A stretch of DNA of 20,253 nt, taken from the NCBI GenBank assembly GCA_044226625.1, contig JBGAGQ010000087.1, positions 1 through 20,253 on the forward strand, read 5' to 3'. The stretch's first letter is position 1; every line of letters begins with the position of its first letter. Positions 1 to 12,600 of the stretch are shown one piece after another. Under the pieces are notes generated by a model. The model was not told where the DNA came from and ran no database searches. It saw only the letters and a program-made list of their open reading frames with translations. Origin of the DNA: Thermoanaerobaculia bacterium (lineage in GTDB: Bacteria; Acidobacteriota; Thermoanaerobaculia; Multivoradales; UBA5704). The position numbers and the translations under genes were made by a program.

Positions 1-666
1 CGCTTCGCGATGGACGAATGTCGAGACCCGCACCGAGGCGGGCGATTGCGCGAGCGGCAGCTCGGGCGCGCCCGGCAGGCTCGGCAGGCGCTCGCGCCAA
101 TAGGCGAGCGATCGGGCGTACGCCTCGCCCGCCTCGATCTCGGCGAGCGCCGAGACATAGTCGCGCAGGCCGATTTCGAGCGGCGGTAGCTGCGCCTCCG
201 AGTCGAAGTAGAGGCGAGTCAGCTCGCGCGCGAGGACGTTGAAGCTCCGCGCGTCGCAGGCGAGCAGCGAGAGCGAGACGTGCAGCCGCACGCCGCCGGC
301 CGGCAGGAGCGACGCTTCGAGCTGCCAGAGCGGACCCTGCTCGATGTCCGGTCCGTGGTCGGACATCCGCCGCCGGACGGCGAGCAGCCGCTCCGCCGCC
401 GCGTCCCCGGCGAGCGCTGAGAGATCGTGCACGGCGATTTCTACGGGCAAGTCGGGCTCGATCTGCTGCCGCCCGTCGGGCAGGATGCGCAGCCGCAGCG
501 CGCCGTGGCGGGCGACCAACGTCGCCCAAGCCGCTTCGAGGCGCCGGACGTCGAGCACCGGGAACTCGATCTCTTGGTAGGAGTGCGGCGAGGCGACCGC
601 CAACTCGTACGCCGTGGTGTGGCCGATCCAATACGCCTGCTGGAGGTCGGTGAGCGGGAACGGCTC
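1..666 (-). other. Heterocyclization (Cy) domain, N-terminal half, with degenerate core motif
   Basis: EPFPLTDLQQAYWIGH, RLEAAW..LVARHGALR...PDGRQQI, RLHVSLSLLACDARS (SLLACDARS at 244-270), YWRERLPSLPGAPELPL. Confidence 0.88.
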
Positions 667-3600
667 GCCCGCCCGCTCGGGCGCGGGCACGAGCGCCGGC
701 AGCGCCGTGAGCGCGCCGGCCGCCGCCGGGTCGACCCAGCGGGCCTCGACCGCCCGGGCGAGCGCCGAGACCGTCGGCGCCTCGAACAGCTCGCGGAGCG
801 GGATCTCCACCCGCGCCACGTCGCGGAGGCGGTTGAGCAACCGCGTCGCCAGCAGCGAATGGCCGCCGAGCGCAAAGAAATCGTCGCGCGCACCGACCTG
901 TTCGATTCCGAGCACCTCTCCCATGAGCCGGGCGAGCAGCCGCTCCGCCGGGCTCTCGGGCGCGACGAACTCCTCCGTCGCCTCGCGCCGCGTCTCTTCG
1001 GGCGCGGGCAGCGCGCGGCGGTCGAGCTTTCCGGTGGGGCCCAGGGGGAGCGCGGCGAGCGGCACGAACGCGCTCGGCACCATGTGCTCCGGCAGGCGGG
1101 CGGCGAGGCGCTCGCGCAGCTCGGCGACACCCGGAAGCGGCCGGTCGGAGGCGGCGATCAGATAGGCGACCAACCGTCGCTCCTCACCGCCGCCGAGCGC
1201 CTGGACCGTGCACTGGCCGACGCCGGGAACGCGCAGTAGCTCGGCTTCGATCTCCCCCAGCTCGATGCGGAAGCCGCGGATCTTCACCTGGTGGTCGATG
1301 CGCCCGAGGTATTCGAGCCCACCGTCGGCGAGGCGCCGCGCGAGGTCGCCCGAGCGATAGAGGCGCGCGCCGGGGGTGCCGTGCCACGGATCGGGGCGGA
1401 ACCGGTCGGCGGTGAGATCGGCGCGGCCGAGATAGCCGCGCGCGACACCCGCTCCGCCGACCTGCATCTCGCCCGCGACGCCCGCCGGAACCAGGTTGCC
1501 GCGCGCGTCCAACAGATGGACCTGGAGGTCCGGGATCGGCACGCCGATCGCGCTCCCCGCTCGGCCCAGGTCTTCGCGGCGGATCGGCCGGTAGGTCACG
1601 TGCACGGTGGTCTCGGTGATGCCGTACATGTTGACCAGGAGCGGCGCATCCTCCCTTGTCAAGGGGCCCTCGAAATGAGCGAACCAGGGGGCGAGCGACG
1701 AGATCTCCAACGCCTCGCCGCCGAAGATCACGTAGCGGAGCTTCGCGAGCGAGGTGAGCGCGGAGCCCGCGACCGCCTCGGCCAGCAGTTGGCGGAACGC
1801 CGACGGCGTCTGGTTCAACACCGTCACCTCTTCCGTGCGCACCAGGTCGAGGAACGCCGCGGGCGAGCGGCTGATCTCGTAGGGAACGATCACCAGCCGG
1901 CCGCCGTAGAGCAGCGCGCCCCAGATCTCCCAGACGGAGAAGTCGAACGCGAACGAGTGGAACATCGTCCAGACGTCGCGCTCGGAGAAGCCGAACCAGG
2001 CGTCGGTCGCGGTGAACAAGCGCGCCACGTGGGCGTGAGCGACCTCCACCCCTTTCGGCCGACCGGTCGAGCCCGAAGTGTAGATGACGTAGGCGGCGCT
2101 CTCGGGCAGGTCGGGGACGTCGGAAAGAGGCGTCGCCGCTAGCCGCGCGATTTCCGCCCGGTCGCGGTCGAGGCAGACGACGCGAGCGGCGGCGAGCGAG
2201 CCCACGGCCGACAGACCGGAGAGCAGCGGCAGGAAGCGCTCCTCGGTCACCACCGCCGCAGCGCCGCCGTCGGCGAGCATGAACGCCAGCCGGTCGGCCG
2301 GATAGGCCGGGTCGAGCGGCAGATAGGCGGCGCCCGCCTTGGCGATGCCGAGAAGACCGGCGATCAAACCGATCGACCGGTCGAGGCAGAGGCCGACTCG
2401 GTCGCCCGGCCGGACGCCGAGCGCGACCAGGCGCCGAGCGACCCGGTTCGCCCGCGCGTCCAGCTCGCCGTAGGAGATCTGGTCGAGGTCGAAGATGACC
2501 GCGGGCGCCTTGGGCCGGCGCGCCGCCTCGCGCTCGAACCGGCGGTGGAGCGGCTCGTCGGCGGCGAAGCGCGCGACGGGGTCGTTCCACACCGACAGGA
2601 GCTGCCCGAGCTCGGCCTCCGACAAGAGGTCGATCTCGGAGATCCGCAGGCCCGGCGCACCGGAAACCGCGGGGATCGCCGTGACCGCAGCCAGCGTCTT
2701 CAGATACCACCCCTGCATCCGATCGATCGTCGCCGGATCGAACAGGTCGGTGTTGTACTCCCACTCGGCCGAGATCTCGGCGCCCTGGTCCATGTGCGAC
2801 AGGTTGATCTCGAACTTCGCCACCCCTTCGTCGAGGGGATAAGTACGGACGTTCATCCGGTCGCCCGCGCCCTGGGCGTTCGCCCCGGAGGTCGTCGGCG
2901 GCACGTTCTGCAGCACGAACAGGACCTGGAACAGCGGGTTCCGCCGCACGTCGCGCTCCGGGTCGAGCGCGTCGACCAAGAGTTCGAATGGCAGGTCCTG
3001 ATGGGCGTAGGCGTCGAGCGCCGCGCGGCGCGCGGCGGCAAGCAGCGTTCCGAGATCGGGATCCGCCCCGACCCGGCCGCGCAGCACCAGGGTGTTGACG
3101 AACAGACCGATCAACGGCTCGGTCTCCTCGCGGTTGCGGCCGGCGACCGGCGAGCCGACCACCACGTCCTCCTGGCCGGTGATCCGCGCGAGCAGCGCCT
3201 GGAACGCGGCGAGCAGCGTCATGTAGAGCGTCGTGCCGTGCCCCGCCCCAACCCGGCGGAGGTCGTCGGCGAGGTCGGCCGGCAGGGTCTGCATTCGCCG
3301 CGCGCCGGGGAACGTCTGGACCGCCGGCCGCGGCTTGTCGAGCGGCAGCTCGATTCCGACCGGAATGCCCGCGAGCTCCTCGCGCCAGTAGGCGAGCTGC
3401 TCTTCGAGCACCTCTCCCGCGAGGACTTCGCGCTGCCAGGCGGCGAAGTCGGCGTACTGGATCGCCAGCTCCGGCAACGGCGAAGGACGCCCCGCCGCGA
3501 ACGCCGAGTAGAGCGTCGTCATCTCGCGCAGCAACAGGTCGATCGACCAGAGATCGGTCGCGATGTGGTGCATCGCGAGCTCGAACAGGTGGCTCTCCTG

Positions 3601-6600
3601 CCCCGGCCGTGCATCGAGCCGGTACAGGATCGGCCGGAACGGCGTGGGCTCCGAGAGGTCGAACGGACGGCGCGCCTCGCGCCGGGCGAGCGCGTAGGCG
3701 GTCCGGTCCCGCTCATCCCCTTCGACCGCCGAAAGGTCGATCGTCGGAATCCGCAGCGGGTGGGCCGGCGCCACCACCTGCACCGGCGAGCCCGCGACCA
3801 CCGCGAACGCCGTGCGCAGCACCTCGTGGCGGCGGACGATCTCGGAGAGCGCCGCGGCGAGCAGGTCGGCGCGTACCGGACCGTCGAGCAGGAACGGCGC
3901 GACGATGTTGTAGGCGGCGCTTCCGGCGTCCATCTGCTCCAGGAACCAGAGCCGCTGCTGCGCGAACGACAGCGGCAGGGGCCGGCCGTCTCGCGGCACG
4001 GGAACGATCGGCGGCGGCCCTTCCCCGCGCGCCTCCCCGCCGAGGCGGCGCTCGACCGCGGCGGCGAACGCCGCGAGGTCTTCCGTCTCGAAAAGGATCG
4101 CGAGCGGAACCTCGACCCCGAGCAGGCGGCGCAGCCGGGAGATCACCTGGGTCGCCATCAGCGAATGGCCCCCGAGATCGAAGAAGCCGTCCTCGCGGCC
4201 GATCCCCCTGGCCCCCAACCCCAGGACCGCGGCCCAGACACCCGCCACCACCTCCTCGACCGGGCCGCGCGGCGCGGCCGTTCGGCGCGACAGATCGAGC
4301 CGCTCGGGCGCCGGCAGCGCCCGGCGGTCGACCTTGCCGCTCGGCGTGAGCGGCAGCGCGTCGAGCACGACGAAGACCGACGGCACCATGTGCTCGGGGA
4401 GGCGCTCGCCCAGATGGCGAGACAGGTCGACTGTCGGCACCGCGCGCCCTTCGAGGAACGCGACGTAGCCCACCAGGCGCAGCTCGCGCGAGCCGGCTCC
4501 GAGCGTGCGGGCGACCACCGCCGCCTCGCGCACGGCGGGGTGGCCGGAGAGCAACGCCTCGACCTCCCCCGGCTCGACGCGGAAGCCGCGGATCTTCACC
4601 TGCGAATCGGCGCGGCCGAGGAAGGCAATCTCGCCGTCCCGCCGCCGCTCGGCGAGGTCGCCGGTCCGGTAGACGCGCGCCCCGGGGACGCCGCTCCAGG
4701 GGTCCGGGACGAAGCGCTCGGCCGAGAGGTCCGGACGCGCGAGATAGCCCCGCGCGAGCCCCGCGCCGCCGATCAGCAACTCGCCCGCGATCCCGACGGG
4801 AAGCGGCTGGAATTCGCGGTCGACCACGTGGAGGGCGAGGTTCGCGATCGGCTTCCCGATCGGCGGCAGCGTCGGCCAACCGAGCGGGTCGGCCGGCAGG
4901 TCGAACGCGGAGACCACGTGCGCCTCGGTGGGGCCGTATTGATTGTGGAGCCGCGCCCGCGGCACCCGGCGGAACAGGTCGATCAGGCCGCCGGTCGACT
5001 GGAGCTGCTCGCCCGCGGTGTCGATCTCCAGCCAGGCATCGGGCACCGGGCCGCGATCGATCGCCACCTCGGCGAGCTGTTGGAGCGCGACGAACGGCAG
5101 GAGCACCCGCTCGACTCGCTTCTCGACCAGGAGCGCGAGCAGCGCCTCCGGATCGCGCCGTACCGCGGCAGAGACGAGCACCAGCGCGCCGCCGCCCGCC
5201 CAGGTGGCGAACAGCTCCTGGCACGAGACGTCGAACGAGAGCGAGGCGAACTGGAGCGTGCGCAGCGCCCGTCCGCTCTCGCCGAGCTGCCAGGCGATCA
5301 GGTTCGCGAGCGCGCCGTGGCGCATCGCGACCCCCTTCGGCCGGCCGGTCGAGCCGGAGGTGTAGAGCACGTAGGCCGTGCTCTCCGGCCCGGCGCCCGC
5401 GCGGAGCGCCCACGGCCGGCGCGCCGAGGATTTCCGATCGGCCCGATACCGCGGCTCGCCGAGGTCGAGCGATTCGACCCGTCCGAGGAGCGCCGCGGGC
5501 GGGAGCGCGGAGGCGGCGCTACCGGCGGTGAGCAGGAAGCGGACGCCCGCGTCGCCGGCCATGAACGCCAGGCGCTCGGTCGGATAGGCCGGGTCGAGCG
5601 GCAGGTAGGAGCCGCCCGCCTTGAGCGCCGCGAGGACGCCCACGGCAAGCTCCGGCGAGCGCTCGAAGCAGAGCGCGATCGGCTCGTCCGCGCGCGCGCC
5701 GCGCCGCGCGAGATCCTCGGCCACGCCGTTCGCCCGCGATTCCAGCGCGCCGTAGGAGAGGAACAGGTCGCCGCTCTCGACCGCGATCGCGTCGGGGGCG
5801 GCGTCGGCCTGGCGCTCGAACAGCTCGTGCAGGCAGGAAACCCCAGCCGCCGGGGCGAGGCTCCGCGCCGTGGCGTTCGCCGCGGCGATCTCCGCGCGCT
5901 CGGGCGCGGTCGGGAGCGCAAGGTCGGAGAGCGTGCGAGCGCCGCGCGACAACCCGTCGAGCACGGCCTGGAGATGGCCGAGCAGCCGCTCGACCTCGCC
6001 GCTCTCGAAGCGGTGTCGGTCCCAGGTCGCTTCGAGCACCAGCCGGGCGCCCGGTTTGATCACCAGCATCAGCGGATAGCTCGCCCGGTAGCCGAACGCT
6101 CCGTCGTAGAGCGCCAGCCCGCCCACCTCGGAGCGCTGACCGCCGCTCGAGCGGTCGAACGGATAGTTCTCGAAGACCAGCACCGATTCGAACAGCGGCA
6201 CGCCGCGCGGCACGCCGCTCGCGCCCTGGACCTCGACCAGCGGGACGTGCTCCCACTGGCGCAGCTCGGCAAGCTCGTCCTGGAGGCGCCGCAGCCATTC
6301 GACCGACTCGGCGACGCCCGGTACCGCGACCGCCACCGGAAGGGTGTTGATGAACATGCCGACCATCTGCTCGGCGCCCGGCAGCTCCGGCGGGCGGCCG
6401 GCGAGCGTCGTGCCGTAGACCACCTTGGCGTCGCCGGAGCGGCGCGAGAGGAGCACCGACCAAGCCCCCTGGAGGAGCGTGTTGACGGTGAGCTGGTGCC
6501 TGCGCGCGAACGCCTCCAACCGTTCGGAAAGCTCCTCGGGCAGCTCGCGCTCGACCGCCCCCTGGACGTCCTCGCCCGCGGCGAGGTCTTCGCCCTGGCC

Positions 6601-9600
6601 CGAAAGCGCCGTCGGGCGCTCGACGTCGGCGAGGCGGGCGCGGAACCACTCTTGCGCCTCCGTCGCATCGGCGGCGTCGTGGCGCTCGATCCAGGCGATG
6701 TAGTCGCGGAACGGACGCGGGCGCGGAGGGTCGATCGCAGGACCCGAAACTTCGGCCGCGTAGAACGCCATCGCCTCGTTGAGCACCAGCGGCAGCGACC
6801 AGCCGTCGACCACCAGGTGGTGGTGAATCCACGCGAAGCGGTGCGAGCGCTCGCCGGTGCGGACCAGGACGAAGCGCACCAGCGGTCCGACCGGCAGGTC
6901 GAACGGCCGATCCCCCTCTTCGATCAGGAAGCGGTCGACCTCGCGCCGCGCCTCGGCGCTCTTTTCCCGCCAATCGTGGCTCTCGACCGGCACCGCGACC
7001 TGGCGGCGCACCAGCTGCAACGGACGGGCGAGGTCGCGCCAGACGAAGCCGGTGCGGAAGATCGGATGGCGGTCGACCACCCGCTGCCAGGCGCGGCCGA
7101 ACGCCGCGAGGTCGAGATCCCCTTCGAGGGAGACCCGCAGCTGCTGCGAGTATATCCCAGCCCCTCCTTCGAGGGTGTGGAAGAGGAGCCCCTGCTGGAG
7201 CGGCGAGAGCGGATAGAGGTCCTCGATCTCGCGCGGCGAAACCGTCGGCACCACCGCAATGACCTGCTCGAGCGCCGCCTCGTCGAGCCGGGCAAGCGGG
7301 AAGTCGGAGGGCGCGACGCCGCCGGCTTCCGGACGCCGGCAGTGCTCGACGATGCCGAGCAGCTCGGCGCGGAAGAGCGCGGCGAGCCGCTCGATCGAGT
7401 CGCGCCGGTGGACGCGTCGACCGAACAGGATCGCAACCTCCATGCGGCTGCCCGCGACGCTCGCCGAGACGTCGAGCAGATGGGTGCGCGGCTGATCGGG
7501 CGCGCGCTCCGGGCCCGGGTTCTCCCGCGCGCCCGCCAGCAGGCCGCCCGCGGCGAGCGCTTGGTCGAGCTGCCCCAGGTAGTTGAAGCTGATCTCGGAG
7601 CGGCCCGAGCGGCGGATCGCCTCCAGGTCCTCGGCGGCGCAGTCGCCCGGCGCGCTCCGCAGGTACTTGAGCGGGCCGAAACCGAAGCCGCGCTCGGGGA
7701 TCGCGCGGAGCGTCTCCTTGACCGCGAGCAGCGTGCGCGATGGATCGCCCGGATCGAGCGGATCGCGTCCCGCCCGCGGGCTGAGGTCGATCGACACCGG
7801 ATGGATCGCGGTAAACCAGCCGACCGTGCGCGACAAGTCGAGGTCGTCGGCGAACTCCTCGCGGCCGTGCGCTTCGAGGTCGAAGCGGAGCAACGAGGCC
7901 TCCTGGCCCCTCCGCGATCTCCCCGGGATCTCGTCGATCCATCGGCCCCAGGCGCGGGCGAACGCGGCGATGAGCGCGTCGTTGATCTGCGTCCGGTAGA
8001 CCGGCGGCACCTCCTGGAGCAGCGCGCGGGTCTCGCCCTCGTCGAGGTGCAGGGCGACCACGTCCGCGTCGGCCGCGAGGTTCGAGCCCGCCTCGCGCGC
8101 GTCGGCGAAATCGACCGGGATCGCTTCGGCCGGACGCGCCATCCGCGCCCAGAACGGGACCTCCGCGGCGAGCGCCTCGCCGTCGGCGCGCTCGGCCAAG
8201 CGCTCGCCCCACTGGCGCAGCGAGGTGGTCTTCGGCGGCAGCGCCGGCTCTTCGCCGCGCGCGAGTGCGCCATAGACGGCCTCCAGGTCCTCGAGCAGCA
8301 GACGCCACGAGACGCCGTCGATCACCAGGTGGTGGGCGACGACGAGCAGGCGGTCGCGTTCGCTCTCACCCTGCGGGCTCATGCGGACGAGCGCGAGGCG
8401 CGCGACCGGTCCGGTTTCGAGGTCGAGGCTGCTCTGGATGCGCGCCGCCGCGGCTTCGAGCGCGGCCGGCCGCTCGCCGACGGACAACGGCGAGAGGTCG
8501 ACGACCGAGAACGCCCCGGAAGGACCCGGCTCTTCGATTCGATGCGACCAGCCATCCGCCGTGCGGACGAAGCGCGAGCGGAGCGCGTCGTGATGCTCGA
8601 ACAGCCGCTCGACCGCGAGCGAGAGGACCGCGGCGTCGAGCGGCCGGACCGCTTCGAGCAGGACCGACTGGTTCCACCACGAGACCGACGGGAGATCGAG
8701 ATCGAAGAACCAGCGGGCGATCGGCGCGAGCGCGACCTCGCCCACCACCGCCCCCTGCTCGGCGGCGATCTCGCTCCCCTGCTCGCCGATCGCCGCGAGC
8801 TCGGCGATGGTCTGGAACTGGAAGACCTGGCGCGCGGTCAGGCGCAGTCCGACGCGCGCGGCGCGCGAGATGATCTGGATCGACAGGATCGAGTCGCCGC
8901 CCAGCTCGAAGAAGTTGTCGAAGATCCCCACCCGCTCGACCCGCAGCAGCTCCCGCCAGATCTCGGCGAGCGCCCGCTCCGCCTCGTTGCGCGGCGCCGA
9001 GTACGAGGTTTCGAGCGCCGGCCGCGCGGCCTCCTCGGGCGCCGGCAGCGCCTTCCGGTCGAGCTTGCCGTTCGCGGTGACCGGCAGCGCGGCGAGCGCC
9101 ACGAACGCCTGCGGCACCATGTACTCGGCGAGCCGCGACTGGACGAAATCGCGCAGCTCGCCGACGGTTGGCTCTTCGACGCCGGAGCGGAAGACGACGT
9201 AGGCGACCAGCCGGCGATCCGGCCGCGCCCCCGCCTCCATGCTTTCGACCTCGCGCGCGAGCACCACCGTCTCGCGGACCGCGGGGTGCTGGGAGAGGAC
9301 CGCCTCGATCTCCCCCAGCTCGATGCGGAAGCCGCGTACCTTGACCTGGAAATCGCGCCGGCCGAGGAACTCCAGATTGCCGTCCGGCAGATAGCGCGCG
9401 CGATCGCCGGTCGCGTACATCGTGGCGCCCGGCGTCGCGCCGAACGGGTCGGCGACGAACTTGCTCGCCGAGAGCGCGGGCTCGGCGGCGTAGCCCGAGG
9501 CGAGCACCGACCCAGCGATATAGAGGTCGCCCGGTACGCCGATCGGACACGGGGCGAGCCGCGCGTCGAGCACGTGGTAGCGCGCGTTCGCGATCGGCCG

Positions 9601-12600
9601 GCCGTACGGGATGCTGGTCCAGCCGGGCGGCACGACGCCCACGGGGAAGAAGTTCGACCAGATCGCCGCCTCCGTGGCGCCGCCGAGCGCGATCACCCGC
9701 GCTTTGGGAAACGCCCTGCGCACCCGGTCGGGAAGCGTCACGGGGATCCAGTCGCCGGAGAGGAAGACCAGCCGCAGCCTCGAGCGCGCGCCGCGCGGAT
9801 CGCCACCGCCGGGGAAGAAGCCGGCGATCTGGCGCAGCGCCGCGGGCGCGGAATCCCAGAACGTGATCGGCTCGTCGCAGAGGATCGCGACCATCCGCTC
9901 CGGGTCGTGGATCTCCTCCTCCGTCGCGACCCGGATCGATCCCCCGGCGGCGAGCAGGCCAAAGACGTCGTAGACCGAGAGGTCGAAGCAGAGCGAGGTG
10001 ACGAACAGCACGCGGTCCGAAGCGCCCACCGCGTGGGTCTCGTTCACCCACTCGATCAGGTTCTGGACCGGGCGGTGACGGAGGACCACGCCCTTCGGGG
10101 TACCGGTCGAGCCCGAGGTGAAGATCACGTAAGCGACGTCGTCCGGCGTGCCGAGCGGCGCCGGCCGCGCGGCGGAGACCGCGCGCAGCTCGGCGTACGA
10201 GGTCAACCACGCCGGCCCCTCGCCGTCGATCGGCGCATCGTCCACCGCGAGCAGGTGGGTGAGCGCGGGGTAACGTTCCGCGATCTGCTGGAGGGCCGCG
10301 ACGTGCCGACCACCCGCGATCGCCGCCCGCACGCCGAGCGCCTCCATCATGAAGCGCACGCGCGCCTCCGGGAAGCTCGGTTCGAGCGGCAGATACCCCG
10401 CCCCCGACTTGAGCACGCCCAAGAGCGCCGGGATCATCGCGAGCCCGCGCGAGAGATAGATCGCGACCATGTCGCCCGGACCGAGCCCGAGCGCGCGCAG
10501 CCGATTCGCGATCCGGTTCGCCTCGGCCTCGACCTCGCCGTAGGAGAGCGTCGCGGCACCGCACACCGCGGCGAGGCGCGAGGGGTCCTCGTCCGCCCGG
10601 CGCTCGAACAGCCGTTCGAGCCGAACCGGGGCCGGCGCTGCGACGAGCGCCGTATCGTTCCACTCGAATAGCAGTTGGTGGCGCTCTGCGGCCGAGGCGT
10701 TCGGCAGGTCGGCCCAGGAGCGGTCGGGGTTCTCGACCGCCGCGGCGAGCAACGCCCGATACCGCTCGCCGAAGCGTTCAAGCGTCGCACCGTCGAACAG
10801 GTCGGTCGCGTACTCGAACGACACCGACAGACCGTTCGACGCCTCGGTGGTCGAAAGCGTGAAGTCGAACTTCGCCGTGCCGCTCGACGCGTAGAGCGGC
10901 GCGGAGGCGAGGCCCGCGAGCTCGATCCCTTCGGTCGCCTCGGCCTGGAGCAGGAACATCACCTGGAACAGCGGGTTCCGGCTCATGTCGCGCTCGACTT
11001 CGAGCACGTCGACCAGGCGCTCGAACGGCACGTCCTGGTGGGCCGAAGCGCCGAGCAGCGTCTCGCGCACGCGGCCGAGCAGCTCCGCGAACGTCGGGAC
11101 CGCGGGCTCGCCGGCCAGCCGCGCGCGCAGCACCAGGGTGTTGACGAAGTAGCCGATCAGAGGCTCGACCTCGCGCCGGTTGCGCCCGCCGATCGGCGTG
11201 CCGACCAGCAGGTCGTCCTGCCCCGAGGTCTTCGCCAGCAGCACGTCGAAGGCGGCGAACAGCGTCATGAACAGCGTCGCGCGCCGCTCGCGGCCGAGCC
11301 GGCGGAGCGCGTCGAGGAACGGCGCGGGCAGGACGAACGGCCGGGTGATCGTACCGCGGTAGCTCGGCACCGGAGGCCGCGGCCGGTCGGTCGCGATTTC
11401 GAGCGTCGGCGGCTGGGCGAGCTCGCGCTTCCACCAGTCGACCTGTTCTTCGATCTGCGCGGCAAGGCTCTCCCGCTGCCAGACCGCGTAGTCGGCGTAC
11501 TGGATCGGCAGCTCGGGGAGCGGCGACGGACGGCCGGCGGCAAGCTCGGGATAGAGCGCCGCCACCTCGCGCATCATCACCTCGGTTGACCAGCCGTCGG
11601 ATACGTTGTGGTGCGCCGAAAGCAGGACGCCGTGGTCGTCCTCCGAGAGACGCCAGAGGAACGCCTTGAAGAGCGGACCGGCGGCCAGGTCGAACGGCTT
11701 CGCCGCCTCGATCGAGACCTCACGGTAGAGCCGCCGCTCGCGCTCCACCTCCGGCAGGTCGCTCAGGTCGCGCAGCTCGACCGAAAAATCGCCCGGCGGC
11801 GCGATCACCTGGATCGGCCGGCCGTCCGCGACCGCGAACGTGGTACGCAGCACGTCGTGGCGACGCACCACCTCGGCGATCGCCCGCTCCATCGTCGCGA
11901 CGTCGAACCCGCCCTTGAGGCGGAGCGCGACGGGGATGTTGTAGACCGACTGCCCCAGTTCGAGCTGATCCAGGAACCAGAGGCGCTGCTGCTGGAACGA
12001 CAGCGGCAGCGCGCGCTCGCGCCCGGCGGGGACGATCGGCGGCAGCGCCGCCGCGCCTCCCGCGCGCAGCTCGTCGATGCGCGCGGCGAGGCGCGCGAGG
12101 ACCGGCTTTTCGAACACGTCGCGCAGCGGCAGCTCCACCTGGAACGCCTCGCGTACCCTGGAGACCAGCCGCGCCGCGAGCAGAGAATGGCCGCCGAGAG
12201 CGAAGAAATCCGCCTCGGCGCTCGGATCGTGGGCGCCGAGGAGGTCCGTCCAGAGGGCGGCCAAAAGCTCCTCGCTCGCGCCGCGCGGCGCCACGTGGAG
12301 CCCTTGGCGTTCCTCTCCCCGATCCGGGGCGGGCAGAGCGCGCCGGTCGACCTTGCCGTTCGGCGACAGCGGCAGCGCGTCGAGCAGGACGAACGCGCGC
12401 GGCACCATGAACTCGGGCAACTCGCGGCCGAGCGCCGCGATCGCAGTCTCGACCCAACCCTCGCGGCGCGCCGCGTCGGCCAAGACCACGTAGGCGACGA
12501 GCGAGGCGCCCGACGCCTCCTCGCGAGCGACGACCACCGCTTCGCGCACTTCCGGCCGGGCGGTGAGCGCGGCTTCGATCTCCCCCAGCTCGATGCGGAA

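Noticed and set aside
6796-6831. HHH in C domain 5 as a NocB-like beta-lactam-forming site
   Set aside because: WxHHHxxxDGWS is ordinary for DCL domains after an E domain, the NocB-type Glu is absent and the donor is Cys-type.
7858-7881. E-domain motif EAHGRE instead of EGHGRE as a sign of inactivity
   Set aside because: The catalytic Glu and the HHxxxDGVSW His are retained, and the GGDSI carrier and downstream DCL domain agree with an active epimerase.
2545-10671. 2708-aa plus-strand ORF, and the other long plus-strand ORFs (427-1239, 1291-2142, 10675-11589, 11608-15051, 15451-18243, 18331-19971)
   Set aside because: All are in exact antisense codon register with the NRPS, are Arg-rich and have no recognisable motifs. 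This is the expected shadow of a high-GC3 gene.
11593-11613. HHNVSDG variant in C domain 4
   Set aside because: The change is in a variable x position; His, Asp and Gly are intact.
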